Of a stretch of DNA of 64,000 bases, positions 28,748 to 37,870 are shown in pieces. The first letter of the stretch is position 1. The number at the start of each line of letters is the position of its first letter. The DNA lies in assembly GCA_964492715.1 (NCBI GenBank), contig CAZBLK010000015.1, forward strand, positions 2,998 to 66,997, in the 5' to 3' direction. This stretch comes from an uncultured Defluviitaleaceae bacterium (GTDB lineage: Bacteria; Bacillota; Clostridia; Lachnospirales; WRBF01). The notes beneath the pieces were generated by a model that saw nothing but the letters and a program-made list of their open reading frames with translations, was not told where the DNA came from and did not search any database. The position numbers and the translations under genes were made by a program.

Positions 28748-29069
28748 GAGTCTCACCTTCTATCATAAATACTTTGTCAAGGTTAGTAATTTTAAAAAGC
28801 TTTAAAAGGTTTGGTCGAACGTGTAACAAATGAATTTCGCCGCCGTATGACTTTACGTTTTTAACAACTGCAACCAAAGCCCCAAGTGCCGTAGAATCAA
28901 TGTACTCAAGTGCTTTGCAGTCTATAAAAAGGTCACAGTTTTTTTCATTTATTAGGCTTAAAAGTTCATTTTTCATATTTCCCGAATTAAAAATGTCAAC
29001 CTCGCCTGTAATTGAAACGTTCCAGCAATTTTTTTGCTCATCAAATTTGTACTCTAGTGTGTAGTCCAT
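28740..29069 (-). CDS. STAS anti-sigma factor antagonist (RsbV/SpoIIAA-like)
   Basis: GEVDI, YIDSTALG (phosphoacceptor Ser), LFKITNLDKVF. Confidence 0.92.
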   Translation of the reverse strand: MDYTLEYKFDEQKNCWNVSITGEVDIFNSGNMKNELLSLINEKNCDLFIDCKALEYIDSTALGALVAVVKNVKSYGGEIHLLHVRPNLLKLFKITNLDKVFMIEGETHE

Positions 29070-29099
29070 TTTAAACCTCCTTAATTTCTTAAATAATTT

Positions 29100-29184
29100 A
29101 ACGTGAGTTCGATATAAATGCTAAATGAGCAAGTTATATCGAACTTTGATTCGCTGCTTGTTCGGCTTCGCCAAACCCAAGCTA
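29100..29184. repeat. Small palindromic/MITE-like element
   Basis: Perfect 12-bp IR agttcgatataa/ttatatcgaact plus a REP-like GGCTTCGCC hairpin. Confidence 0.5.
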
Positions 29185-29186
29185 AT

Positions 29187-31607
29187 TTATTGTACTATTT
29201 TATCACTTGCAACAACCCATTTTAAACCATTATGCTTCGCAACAACTTTGTGCGTGCGGTTGAAAAGAATTTCACGTTCGCCATCAACTCCGTGCCAAAC
29301 TTCGCTTACAACGGCAAGGAGCGTAGAGTTGTCGTATGCCGCATACGATATAACTTGGGCAGAATATGTTGGCGATTCGCTTGTTTGCTCAGGGTTATAG
29401 TTTTGCATAAGCACAGAGTCCCTAAGCACGTCTTGGGCAAAGCCTGTTAGCTCACCTTCTGTAATTTCCTGCGACTTCATTTTAAGCCTGTCTTTAAAAG
29501 CAGCGACTACAGCACTTATCGCATTTTCATTGTCAAGCTTAATCTTTGGCTCCATAATACTTTTTGAAACTTCTGTTGAAGCGTTTTCTACTTTTATTAA
29601 AATGTTTCTTATGTCAAGCGAAAAGCTGCTTGACGGCATACTTTGCATCATGTCTAAAAGCTGGTTTGGGAAAAAGTAAACATCAGTGCCAAATTCGTTT
29701 GAGTTGCTTTGCCCTTCTAGCTTAATTTCCATTCCAGAAGAAGTTGTTCCAATAAGCGTAACTTCTAGCTGTGACTCAACAACTTCACCAGTGAAAGCAT
29801 CTTCTGTGTGCAAAATAAGCGCATATCTGTCACCATTAAAGTACATACACTCTAAAATAACGTTGTAATTTCCAGTTGGAATAACAATTTTTGATTCCTC
29901 ATTGTTTGCAAAAAGCCCCAACGCAGGAATTAACCCGTTTTCAGCACCAACAATTCCTTCAAGGTTTGGCTTGTAAGAAGCAAACAAGTTTTTAATGCCT
30001 ACCTTTAAGTCTGTGCTAAGTGTTGGCAATGCGTCAAAGTCCATTCTCCCAATAATCATGTCGTAATCTTCAAAGTAGTATTGCGAAGGAAAGCTTTGCA
30101 ATGAACGCATAGTTTTTGTAGGTGTATTAAGCGTAATGTAGCTTGAATCTCCTTTGTCCAAAAACCTTGCCTCTGATGCGGGGTTGCTCCACCTTAAAGA
30201 AAAATTAATGGAAGAACCAGAGCTTGCAAAAACGGCGTTTTCAACCTTTGCGGCAATGTCTGGGACGTCGGGCAAAAGGTCAACCGATTTGTTTACATAA
30301 ATTAAAGGCGTTTGCTTAACTTTTCCGTCTAAAGTAAAAGTAAATTCTGCCTTGTCCTCTGTGTAGGTGTCCATTACATTAAGCGTAAATGATTTTACGT
30401 TTTCGTCCAATGGCTCAAAGCGCAAAACTGTGTTTCCGCCGTCCTTATCTGCCGTGTGGTTAAACGACAAGTCCATTCCGTACATTTTGCCGTTGTTGTC
30501 AAAAAGCGTGAACGAGTTTGCTCTAGTATCAATTGCACTGTTAAAATAAAACACAGTAGCCAAACGGTCAATAAGCATTTTGCTTAAAACTAAGTCTTCT
30601 TCTTTATAAGTTGTTTTAAGCCCCAAATAAATAAAGTTTTGGTTGTTTGAAACGTAGTCGGGCTGGCTTATTGTAAATTTTTTCTGCATAGCTTTGTTGT
30701 TGTTATCTATGTTAATTAAAACAACAAGTGAAATTGTAAGTAATAAAACAGTGGCACTCATGGAAGAAATAATTATAACTTTTGTTTTTGTAGAAATTTT
30801 ATCAAACAATTCAAAAACTGGTGATTTTTCAAGCGGCTTTGCGTTGTCTTTTTTAACCTCTTGTTCTTGAGGAACACCTGCTGCTTTTTCCGCATCGTCT
30901 GGAAGTATGTCAATTTTTTCACGAACTTCAGTGTCGTAAACTGTAACATCACGTACAAACTCAAAAGGTTGGTCAAGAATGTCGTCGTCAAGCGAGTTGC
31001 TAAGGTCACGAGCAAGCGCCGATGCTATCATCTTGTCAATTTGAGTTTCTTGGTTTAACATTCCACGTGTAGTACGCATTTTGCGAGCAAAGTCCTTTTG
31101 AAAGTCTTCGCTTGCTGTCATAGAGTTAAGCCTAGCAGAAATAGACTCTGCAATGTCAGCAGGAATGTCGTCTTGAACTGGCGGAGGTGCCGTGTTTTGC
31201 TTAAACGTTACTTCTGGAATACTTGAAGCTGGTTTTACATCAACATCAGAAACAGGCTTTTTTTCTTCTTGCTTTACTACTGGCTCATCAGTTTTTTCTG
31301 TGCTTTGAATATCTTCTGCACTCGGAACAAATTCTTGCGCAGGCTGAACTTCCTTTTCTTGTTCATTTGTGCCGTCACCAACAACATTGTTTAAAGCATC
31401 AAATGAAACAGCATCAAGCGGAATGTCATCTTCTGTTGATGTTTCAAAAGGTATGTCGTCTATATCGTCAATGCCATCTATGCCATCTATACCTTCAGCT
31501 TCATCAAAGCTTCCAAACAATTCCGCAAGCTCTTGGTTCAACTCAGAACCATCTTCAGAGCCATCTGAATCTTCCATGTCTTTATTTAAAAAATCGTTAT
31601 CACTCAT
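29187..31607 (-). CDS. Hypothetical single-pass membrane protein, 806 aa (acidic N-terminus, large beta-rich C-terminal region)
   Basis: Long ORF; D/E-rich low-complexity first ~270 aa; one hydrophobic helix; starts 8 nt after the upstream stop. Confidence 0.75.
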   Translation of the reverse strand: MSDNDFLNKDMEDSDGSEDGSELNQELAELFGSFDEAEGIDGIDGIDDIDDIPFETSTEDDIPLDAVSFDALNNVVGDGTNEQEKEVQPAQEFVPSAEDIQSTEKTDEPVVKQEEKKPVSDVDVKPASSIPEVTFKQNTAPPPVQDDIPADIAESISARLNSMTASEDFQKDFARKMRTTRGMLNQETQIDKMIASALARDLSNSLDDDILDQPFEFVRDVTVYDTEVREKIDILPDDAEKAAGVPQEQEVKKDNAKPLEKSPVFELFDKISTKTKVIIISSMSATVLLLTISLVVLINIDNNNKAMQKKFTISQPDYVSNNQNFIYLGLKTTYKEEDLVLSKMLIDRLATVFYFNSAIDTRANSFTLFDNNGKMYGMDLSFNHTADKDGGNTVLRFEPLDENVKSFTLNVMDTYTEDKAEFTFTLDGKVKQTPLIYVNKSVDLLPDVPDIAAKVENAVFASSGSSINFSLRWSNPASEARFLDKGDSSYITLNTPTKTMRSLQSFPSQYYFEDYDMIIGRMDFDALPTLSTDLKVGIKNLFASYKPNLEGIVGAENGLIPALGLFANNEESKIVIPTGNYNVILECMYFNGDRYALILHTEDAFTGEVVESQLEVTLIGTTSSGMEIKLEGQSNSNEFGTDVYFFPNQLLDMMQSMPSSSFSLDIRNILIKVENASTEVSKSIMEPKIKLDNENAISAVVAAFKDRLKMKSQEITEGELTGFAQDVLRDSVLMQNYNPEQTSESPTYSAQVISYAAYDNSTLLAVVSEVWHGVDGEREILFNRTHKVVAKHNGLKWVVASDKIVQ

Positions 31608-31614
31608 TCAGCTT

Positions 31615-34416
31615 TCACCTACCCGAACGTTTTTTCTTGCTTTCTAAGAGAGATGATGTTGTTTTTACGTTAGTTACCTTTTTGCCATCTAATGTTTCCG
31701 ACTTTGCTGTTGTTTTTAATTCAGACTTAGTTTCGGACACTTGTGTTTTTGTATTTTCAGAAACATTACGCTGTTGTGTAAATGACTTAACTGGTTTTTT
31801 AGGTGCTAAAAACGCCTTTATTCCATTAAAAGCAGTATTATAAGCTTGATTCAGCTTTTGTGTAACAACAGAAAAACGTCTTATAGCAATGTCTAACATA
31901 AATAATACCAAAGCTGAAGCCAAAAGTAAATTACTAATATTATTTTCGGTAAAAGTTTTGTTTAGATTAGGTGAAAAAAGCTGCTCTGGCGAATCTAAAA
32001 GTTCCCCTCCTGTAATTGAAGCTATGCTTTTTAGCACGTTTAAGCCTTTGTCAAAGTTGCGAATGTCATACTCGTCCGAATATCTTATGCTGACACCGGT
32101 GGAAACATTTGTTTCAGTTTCGCCTGTTTTTTTAATTTGAAGGTTTGCAATATATGCGCCTTGCTTATTTTCTGGCAAAATGCCACGGTATTCTCCAGGA
32201 GCAGTTGCAGAGAATTCAATTTCAAACTGCTGCATGTCCTGCGAAATTATTGTGCCTGAAATTCCTTCAATCCCCTCTGCATAAGGAATTGACACATTGA
32301 TTTCGCTGTCGTTCCCCAAAACTTTTGTGCTTATGTTAATGTCTTGCATAAGCTGTGAGCGAATGACCCACGACAACGTGTTTTTAAAAACGTTTATTCC
32401 TTGCTCGGTGCTAATCCAGTCTGAGGAAAAAACACCGTCCATGTCCGAAGTCCAAGCGGCCGAACGTCCCAAGCCGTACTGCCAAGCAGCAAGGATTGGT
32501 TCGTCATTTTCGCTGTAAAGGTACACATCAGCACGCTGCTTTTCTGTTGTGCTAATGTAACCATGCAACATTGGTAAAGAAGATATTCCAGAAAGAATTG
32601 TACCAGAATAAGAAACAGTTGGGTAAAAGCTTTCATTGTTTATATAGTTTTTACCTGCAAGCTGTGTTTCTTTAGTGAAAATTTTTGGAAGGTCGCTAAA
32701 TTCATCTGTAAAATAATAACGTCCGTTTCCAAGCTCTGCAAGATGCTCCATAAGTTTTTTGTCAGAGTCAACGCCAACAGCAACGGTTGACAGAGTAATT
32801 CCTGCCTGAGCCATAGAGTTAACTAAGCTGTCATAGTTTGCGCCCTCACCTTGCCCGTCTGTAAGCAAAATTACGTGTTTAAGCTTTGTGTCTGCGCCAA
32901 CTAAAGTATTGTAGCTTTGCAGCAACGCAGGGTAAATTGTAGTTCCGCCACCTAGCTGAATTTTAGCAATGTTGTCTTTTATGCCGCCAATGTTTCCGTC
33001 CACAAGCTGAAACTTGCTTGCCCAAATGAAACCGTCGTCAAAAGCAATTACGCCAAACTGGTCGTTGTCGTTTAATGTTTCAACCGAGCGAATTACAGAT
33101 TCTTTTGCAAGCTCTAGCTTTGAAACGCCAAACTGCCCAACCCCCATACTTCCGGAACGGTCTATAACAACTACCATTCCAAGGTTTGGCAAGTCTTTCT
33201 TGTCCTTTAGCTCCATGTCAACAGGAAGAAGCGTTTCAAGCGGTGTTTTGTTGTAGTTGCCAAGTGCAAAAGAATTGTCGCCGCCTGTTGCAATTACGCC
33301 GCCGCCTTGCACACGAACGTAAGCTTCAAGAGCGTCTGGAAACTGCTCTGGAAGCTGGTCGATAGAAACGTTTGCAAGAATAATGCAGTCGTAAATGTTT
33401 AAAAGCTCCGGCTCAATTGGTGCAGTTTGCGGTGATGCGATAACTACGTTTACCCTTGAAGTTGACAGCATTTTTTGAATTTCAACGCCGCTTCCGTTGC
33501 TTTCAATTAAAAGAACGTTTGGTGCACCCTCAACGTAGCTGTAGCCGTGGACTACGTTGTTTTGCGTAAATGTGTCTTCGGCTGAATTTGTAGGCACAAC
33601 TTCTGCACGGTAAATTACACCGCCTGTTGTGTTTGTTTCATCTGTTAAAACGTACTTGTTTTCACCTTTTCTAAAGTCCATTACAACGTTTTTTATTAGT
33701 GTGTTGTTTTTATAAATTAACAGACTTGCGCTTGTGTCTTTAAGCGAATGTCCTACTATTTCTATTTCATAACTTGTGTCTTTTTTAATGTACTTGGGAA
33801 TTTTAATTTCTGTAAGCTGAACTTCGTTCGCAATTGTGTTTTGAACAGGCAAAACGTTTACTACAATGCCTTGCTCTTTTAAAAGCTTTGCTTGCGTGAT
33901 TGCTTCGTCAATGTTTTCTTGCCCGTCAGAAACGAGGACAATGCGCTTTTTCGTTTTCTCATCAATAATTGAATGGGCAAGCTTTAGCCCAGACGAAATG
34001 TTTGTAAAGCTATCCGACACAAAAGAGCCAAACGATGAAAACGGAACTTTCGTGTTTTCTTGGCTTGGAAGTACTTCAACAACAGCATTTTCGCCAAAGC
34101 AAACTACGCCAAGCATGTCGTCTTTGGTCGCTGTTTCTGATGCTTCTTTAAAAAATGCAATTACGCCGTCAGTGCTTCCTTTTGTGCTTGCCGAAATGTC
34201 AACAGCCGCAACAGTTGATGTTAAATTAGTATATTCCTTTAAAACTGTTCCAGAAAGCGCAAGTATAACAAGCGTAAACACGATTGACCGAACAATTGCA
34301 TAAAACGCCCTGTTAAAACGTGTCCCTTTCATTCGTTTAACGGCAAAAAACACCGTAAACGCAACGGAAACTGGAATAAGAAGTAAAAAGTAAGGTGACG
34401 AAAAGTTAATTAACAC
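31615..34416 (-). CDS. Membrane protein with two vWA domains and a class I glutamine amidotransferase-like domain
   Basis: MIDAS motifs DISAS..SDG and DRSGS..TDG; GGGVIATGG..LETLLPV; WQYGLGRSAAWTSD; TM segments at both ends. Confidence 0.88.
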   Translation of the reverse strand: MLINFSSPYFLLLIPVSVAFTVFFAVKRMKGTRFNRAFYAIVRSIVFTLVILALSGTVLKEYTNLTSTVAAVDISASTKGSTDGVIAFFKEASETATKDDMLGVVCFGENAVVEVLPSQENTKVPFSSFGSFVSDSFTNISSGLKLAHSIIDEKTKKRIVLVSDGQENIDEAITQAKLLKEQGIVVNVLPVQNTIANEVQLTEIKIPKYIKKDTSYEIEIVGHSLKDTSASLLIYKNNTLIKNVVMDFRKGENKYVLTDETNTTGGVIYRAEVVPTNSAEDTFTQNNVVHGYSYVEGAPNVLLIESNGSGVEIQKMLSTSRVNVVIASPQTAPIEPELLNIYDCIILANVSIDQLPEQFPDALEAYVRVQGGGVIATGGDNSFALGNYNKTPLETLLPVDMELKDKKDLPNLGMVVVIDRSGSMGVGQFGVSKLELAKESVIRSVETLNDNDQFGVIAFDDGFIWASKFQLVDGNIGGIKDNIAKIQLGGGTTIYPALLQSYNTLVGADTKLKHVILLTDGQGEGANYDSLVNSMAQAGITLSTVAVGVDSDKKLMEHLAELGNGRYYFTDEFSDLPKIFTKETQLAGKNYINNESFYPTVSYSGTILSGISSLPMLHGYISTTEKQRADVYLYSENDEPILAAWQYGLGRSAAWTSDMDGVFSSDWISTEQGINVFKNTLSWVIRSQLMQDINISTKVLGNDSEINVSIPYAEGIEGISGTIISQDMQQFEIEFSATAPGEYRGILPENKQGAYIANLQIKKTGETETNVSTGVSIRYSDEYDIRNFDKGLNVLKSIASITGGELLDSPEQLFSPNLNKTFTENNISNLLLASALVLFMLDIAIRRFSVVTQKLNQAYNTAFNGIKAFLAPKKPVKSFTQQRNVSENTKTQVSETKSELKTTAKSETLDGKKVTNVKTTSSLLESKKKRSGR

Positions 34417-36196
34417 GGCTGAACACCCACCATTCTAAACAAAGTACCGCCAAAATTGCGGCAATAAAATAATTTTTCAAGTTTTTGTTAGCCGCTGTAC
34501 CTTTAACTGTTTTTACGGTGCCAACGTTTTCTGCTTCGCCAGTACGCTTTAAGTCCGACTCGGTTTTTACTACGTTTACTGGGAAAGAGTCGTACTTTTT
34601 GCCCTCGTTTGTCGTTTGCTCCAAAACGTAAAACCCAACTTCGTTAGTTTCGTTAAAAACAAGTGTGCTTGCAATGTTTGTAAAATTAGTTGTTTTTCCA
34701 CTAGGGCTTACGACTAAAGCTTTTTCTGTGCTTGGGTTTAAGCTAACAGAGACAGCGTCACCAGAAAGTGCATTTGCAGAAAACGCTGTGTCTGGAACAA
34801 AGTATTGCATTAAGTTGTACATAAAAATTGGATATTCCTTTTTAAGCGGCAAATCTGTGTTGTGCAAGTCAAATCCCATTACAGCAATTTTTTGTGAATT
34901 AATTTCGCCAGAAATTATTAAAGGAGTTTCTGTGGACGACACAACAACGGAAGCCCAGTCTGGCAAAACAAGCTCCTTCGATTTTAAAATTGAAAAATTA
35001 ATTCCTGAAACATATTTTAAAAGGCTGCTTTCACTTTGAAACAAGTTTGAAACTAGAACCTCGTCATTTGTTTGTATAAAAGAATTTCCGACAGGCGGGT
35101 TAAAAATTAGTACATGCCCGTCTGTTGGAAGCACTTCCGGCAAAAAACCATCATAAACATAAAGCTCGTATCCGCTTGTTTCAAAGCTTTCAGGTGTGCC
35201 TTTGTAAAGCTCTAGGTTTGGCATAAGCGAAAGCATGTTTTCCAAAAAGATATTTTTATCTGTTACTAAAAGCGTTCGCTTTTTGTCGCTGTCTGAAACA
35301 ACGTCATACGCTACGTCGTCAATTGGAAGCACGTCCGAGTTTGTAAGCTTAGCTGTCAAAAGCTTAGAACCAAGAGGAACAGATGGAAAGAAAACGTCTT
35401 TTTCCTGCCCTGCTTCAAGCGTAATTTCTGCAACATCAAAAATTATGTCATCGGTATAAAGCGAAACGGTGTTAACGGCTCTTGATTCGCCGAAGTTTTT
35501 CACTTTAACAAGAGTAACAATTCTGTCAGAGTCAACTACATGAGAAAGAAGTGTAATTGCTACGTTGTCACTGTTTTTTCCAACTATAAAGTCCTGTTTT
35601 TCAACACCAGCAAATTCAAGCATGCTGTCAGAAAAAGAAAATACAGTAGTTTCTTTTCCAGACTGAACCATTTTAACCAGCTCTGCTGTCGCAGCCAAAT
35701 CTATTCCACCGTTAGAAACGGAAAGGTTTTCAATTTTATTTTTTACACTTAACTTGTCGTCTGTATAACCGGACAATAAAAATGGGTTTCCAGACGCCGC
35801 AATTACGGAAAATTCTGTCCCATTTTTTGCGTCGTCAATAAGCTGATAAACTAAAGATTTTGCGTTTTCAAACCGAGTAGGTGCAGAATCAGTTGCCTGC
35901 ATACTTGCCGACGTGTCAATAATTATTACATAGCTTGCTACAAAGTCGCTTCCTAAAGCAAAAGGGTTTGCAAGCGCAAACACAAGAAGAAGCGCAAGCA
36001 AAATTTGCAAGAGCATCAAAAGGTTGCGCCGCAGCTTTTGCCACGGACGCTCGGACAAAGACATAGTGACAGCCTGTTTCCAAAGAAACAGGCTAGGCAC
36101 TACTTGGTTTTTGTATTTTTGTTTAAGCAAGTACATTACTATAATTGCAGGAATTGAAATTAAACCTATAAAAGCAAGTGGATTAAGAAAGTTCAT
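34406..36196 (-). CDS. BatA-like N-terminal domain + vWA membrane protein
   Basis: MNFLNP..VPSLFLW..LLMLLQILL..LANP; DTSASM MIDAS; C-terminal LCLEWW anchor. Confidence 0.88.
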   Translation of the reverse strand: MNFLNPLAFIGLISIPAIIVMYLLKQKYKNQVVPSLFLWKQAVTMSLSERPWQKLRRNLLMLLQILLALLLVFALANPFALGSDFVASYVIIIDTSASMQATDSAPTRFENAKSLVYQLIDDAKNGTEFSVIAASGNPFLLSGYTDDKLSVKNKIENLSVSNGGIDLAATAELVKMVQSGKETTVFSFSDSMLEFAGVEKQDFIVGKNSDNVAITLLSHVVDSDRIVTLVKVKNFGESRAVNTVSLYTDDIIFDVAEITLEAGQEKDVFFPSVPLGSKLLTAKLTNSDVLPIDDVAYDVVSDSDKKRTLLVTDKNIFLENMLSLMPNLELYKGTPESFETSGYELYVYDGFLPEVLPTDGHVLIFNPPVGNSFIQTNDEVLVSNLFQSESSLLKYVSGINFSILKSKELVLPDWASVVVSSTETPLIISGEINSQKIAVMGFDLHNTDLPLKKEYPIFMYNLMQYFVPDTAFSANALSGDAVSVSLNPSTEKALVVSPSGKTTNFTNIASTLVFNETNEVGFYVLEQTTNEGKKYDSFPVNVVKTESDLKRTGEAENVGTVKTVKGTAANKNLKNYFIAAILAVLCLEWWVFSRVN

Positions 36197-36215
36197 TTGC
36201 TGCTCCTTTCTTTAT

Positions 36216-36286
36216 TAGACTTCTTGCGAAATAAGAAATGTCGAATTTGCCATAAAGGCAGCGTTTATAATTTCGCAAGGTGTCTA
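36216..36286. mobile_element. MITE-like element (71 bp)
   Basis: tagacttcttgcgaaat / atttcgcaaggtgtcta, 15/17 inverted match; right end contains the upstream gene's TAG. Confidence 0.55.
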
Positions 36287-37840
36287 TTCAAGCGAAGAAA
36301 AATAATCCATTACTAGCGACTTCATGCCGCCGGGAATGTCATATTCATCAAGTGATTTTAAAGCTTCGTCTTTGTAATTGCCAATAACTTTGTCGTAAGG
36401 CAAAACTTCGCCAGCATTTCCTATTCCTTTTACTTCTTGTTGTTCAAACGTTCCGCCTTCGTTTTGCGCTCCGCTTACTTGTGCTTCATAGTCGCCAAAG
36501 CCTTGGGCGTTCCTAGAAAAAACATTTTCGTTTTCAACGTGGCCTGTGCCACGTCCGCTACCTGGGTTGCCGTTTGAATTTCCGCCTTGTCCGTTTCCGC
36601 CTTGTCCGCTGCCAGTTCCGTTTCCATCGCCAGACCCTTCACCAGAGCCGTCTCCATCGCCAGAACCTTCGCCCTCACCAGAGCCGTCTCCATCGCCTTC
36701 GCCTTGCCCATTGCTGGATTGTCCACTTTTTCCTTTGTTGCCTTGAAGTGCTTTACTGGCGTTTGTAAGCGAGCTGTTCATTTTGTTTATTGCATCTCTA
36801 AAGCTAGAGTTTTTGCTTGCTATTGAATTCAGCGTCCCAGACAATTGCCCAAGCTTTGAATTAATGCTTGACATATCACGGCTTTGAAGTGACTGCACAA
36901 GCTGTTCCATTGCTTGCAAAAGCTGTGGGTTTTCTTCAATGACTTTTGCGGCTTCTTCAAGTGCTTTTGCATATTCCTCCAGTTCTTCATCTGTTGCATT
37001 TTCAAGGTAGTCTTTAAAAGCTTCAAGCTCCTTTTCAACTTGCGACATTAAACCTGTCTTCAAGCTTTCACCAAGCTTGCTTGTGTTTTTGTTTTGCGAA
37101 AGTTTTTCGCCAAGCGCCTTTAAGTCTTTTGGAACGGAATTGTTTGACAGCTTTTTAAGTTCGCTTTGAACCTTTTGAAGTTCACGAACAGCTTCGCCTT
37201 CGTTTTTAGCTTTTCTAAGCTGCTTTTTAAGCTCATCAAGCTTTGCTTCAAGCTCTTTTGCTTCCGCTTCTGTAAGCTTGCTTGTTTCCTTTGCTGTAAT
37301 TTCGTCTATCTTTTTAATTTCCTTTTCAACCTCCTGCCGAGTTTTTACAATTTTGTCAAACTCGGCGGCTTTAGGGCTTTCAATAAAACCAACTGCTAAA
37401 GAAATAGCAATTGTAAACCCAAGAATAATTAGCGGCTTTTTAGGTGGCTTTACTTTATAGCTTTTTGTAAGCTTTGCTTTTTTTGCTGTTTGAATTGCGT
37501 CATTTATTGCAAGCTCGGACATGGCGTCGTGTTGGTTTGCCCTGCTTAATTCAAGCGCAGTTACAAAACGTTCTTTAAAGCCAAGGCTGTCGCCAGCCAT
37601 AGCAACCTCATAAATAGAAGGCACGTAAACAAGCCCCACTAAAACGCCCAAAAGCAAACATGCCACAAAGCCAAGCACAATAAGCCTCCACATGTCGTCA
37701 ATGAGCATGAATTTAGAAGCCGTAATTACAGAAGCGCAAAAAATGCCGCCAGCCACAAGCCCAATTGTTCCAAACATTACGCACCTGCTAAAAATCATTT
37801 TGTACCTAAGCGGCGTTAAAAGTTTAGTTAGTTGTTTCAT
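36284..37840 (-). CDS. Membrane-anchored coiled-coil protein with Gly-rich repeat region
   Basis: Three N-terminal TM helices, ERFVTALE, long coiled coil, GEGDGDGSG repeats, C-terminal IPGGMKSLVMDYFSSL. Confidence 0.75.
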   Translation of the reverse strand: MKQLTKLLTPLRYKMIFSRCVMFGTIGLVAGGIFCASVITASKFMLIDDMWRLIVLGFVACLLLGVLVGLVYVPSIYEVAMAGDSLGFKERFVTALELSRANQHDAMSELAINDAIQTAKKAKLTKSYKVKPPKKPLIILGFTIAISLAVGFIESPKAAEFDKIVKTRQEVEKEIKKIDEITAKETSKLTEAEAKELEAKLDELKKQLRKAKNEGEAVRELQKVQSELKKLSNNSVPKDLKALGEKLSQNKNTSKLGESLKTGLMSQVEKELEAFKDYLENATDEELEEYAKALEEAAKVIEENPQLLQAMEQLVQSLQSRDMSSINSKLGQLSGTLNSIASKNSSFRDAINKMNSSLTNASKALQGNKGKSGQSSNGQGEGDGDGSGEGEGSGDGDGSGEGSGDGNGTGSGQGGNGQGGNSNGNPGSGRGTGHVENENVFSRNAQGFGDYEAQVSGAQNEGGTFEQQEVKGIGNAGEVLPYDKVIGNYKDEALKSLDEYDIPGGMKSLVMDYFSSLE

Positions 37841-37870
37841 GCCACACCTCCCACTTTAAAACTATACATT

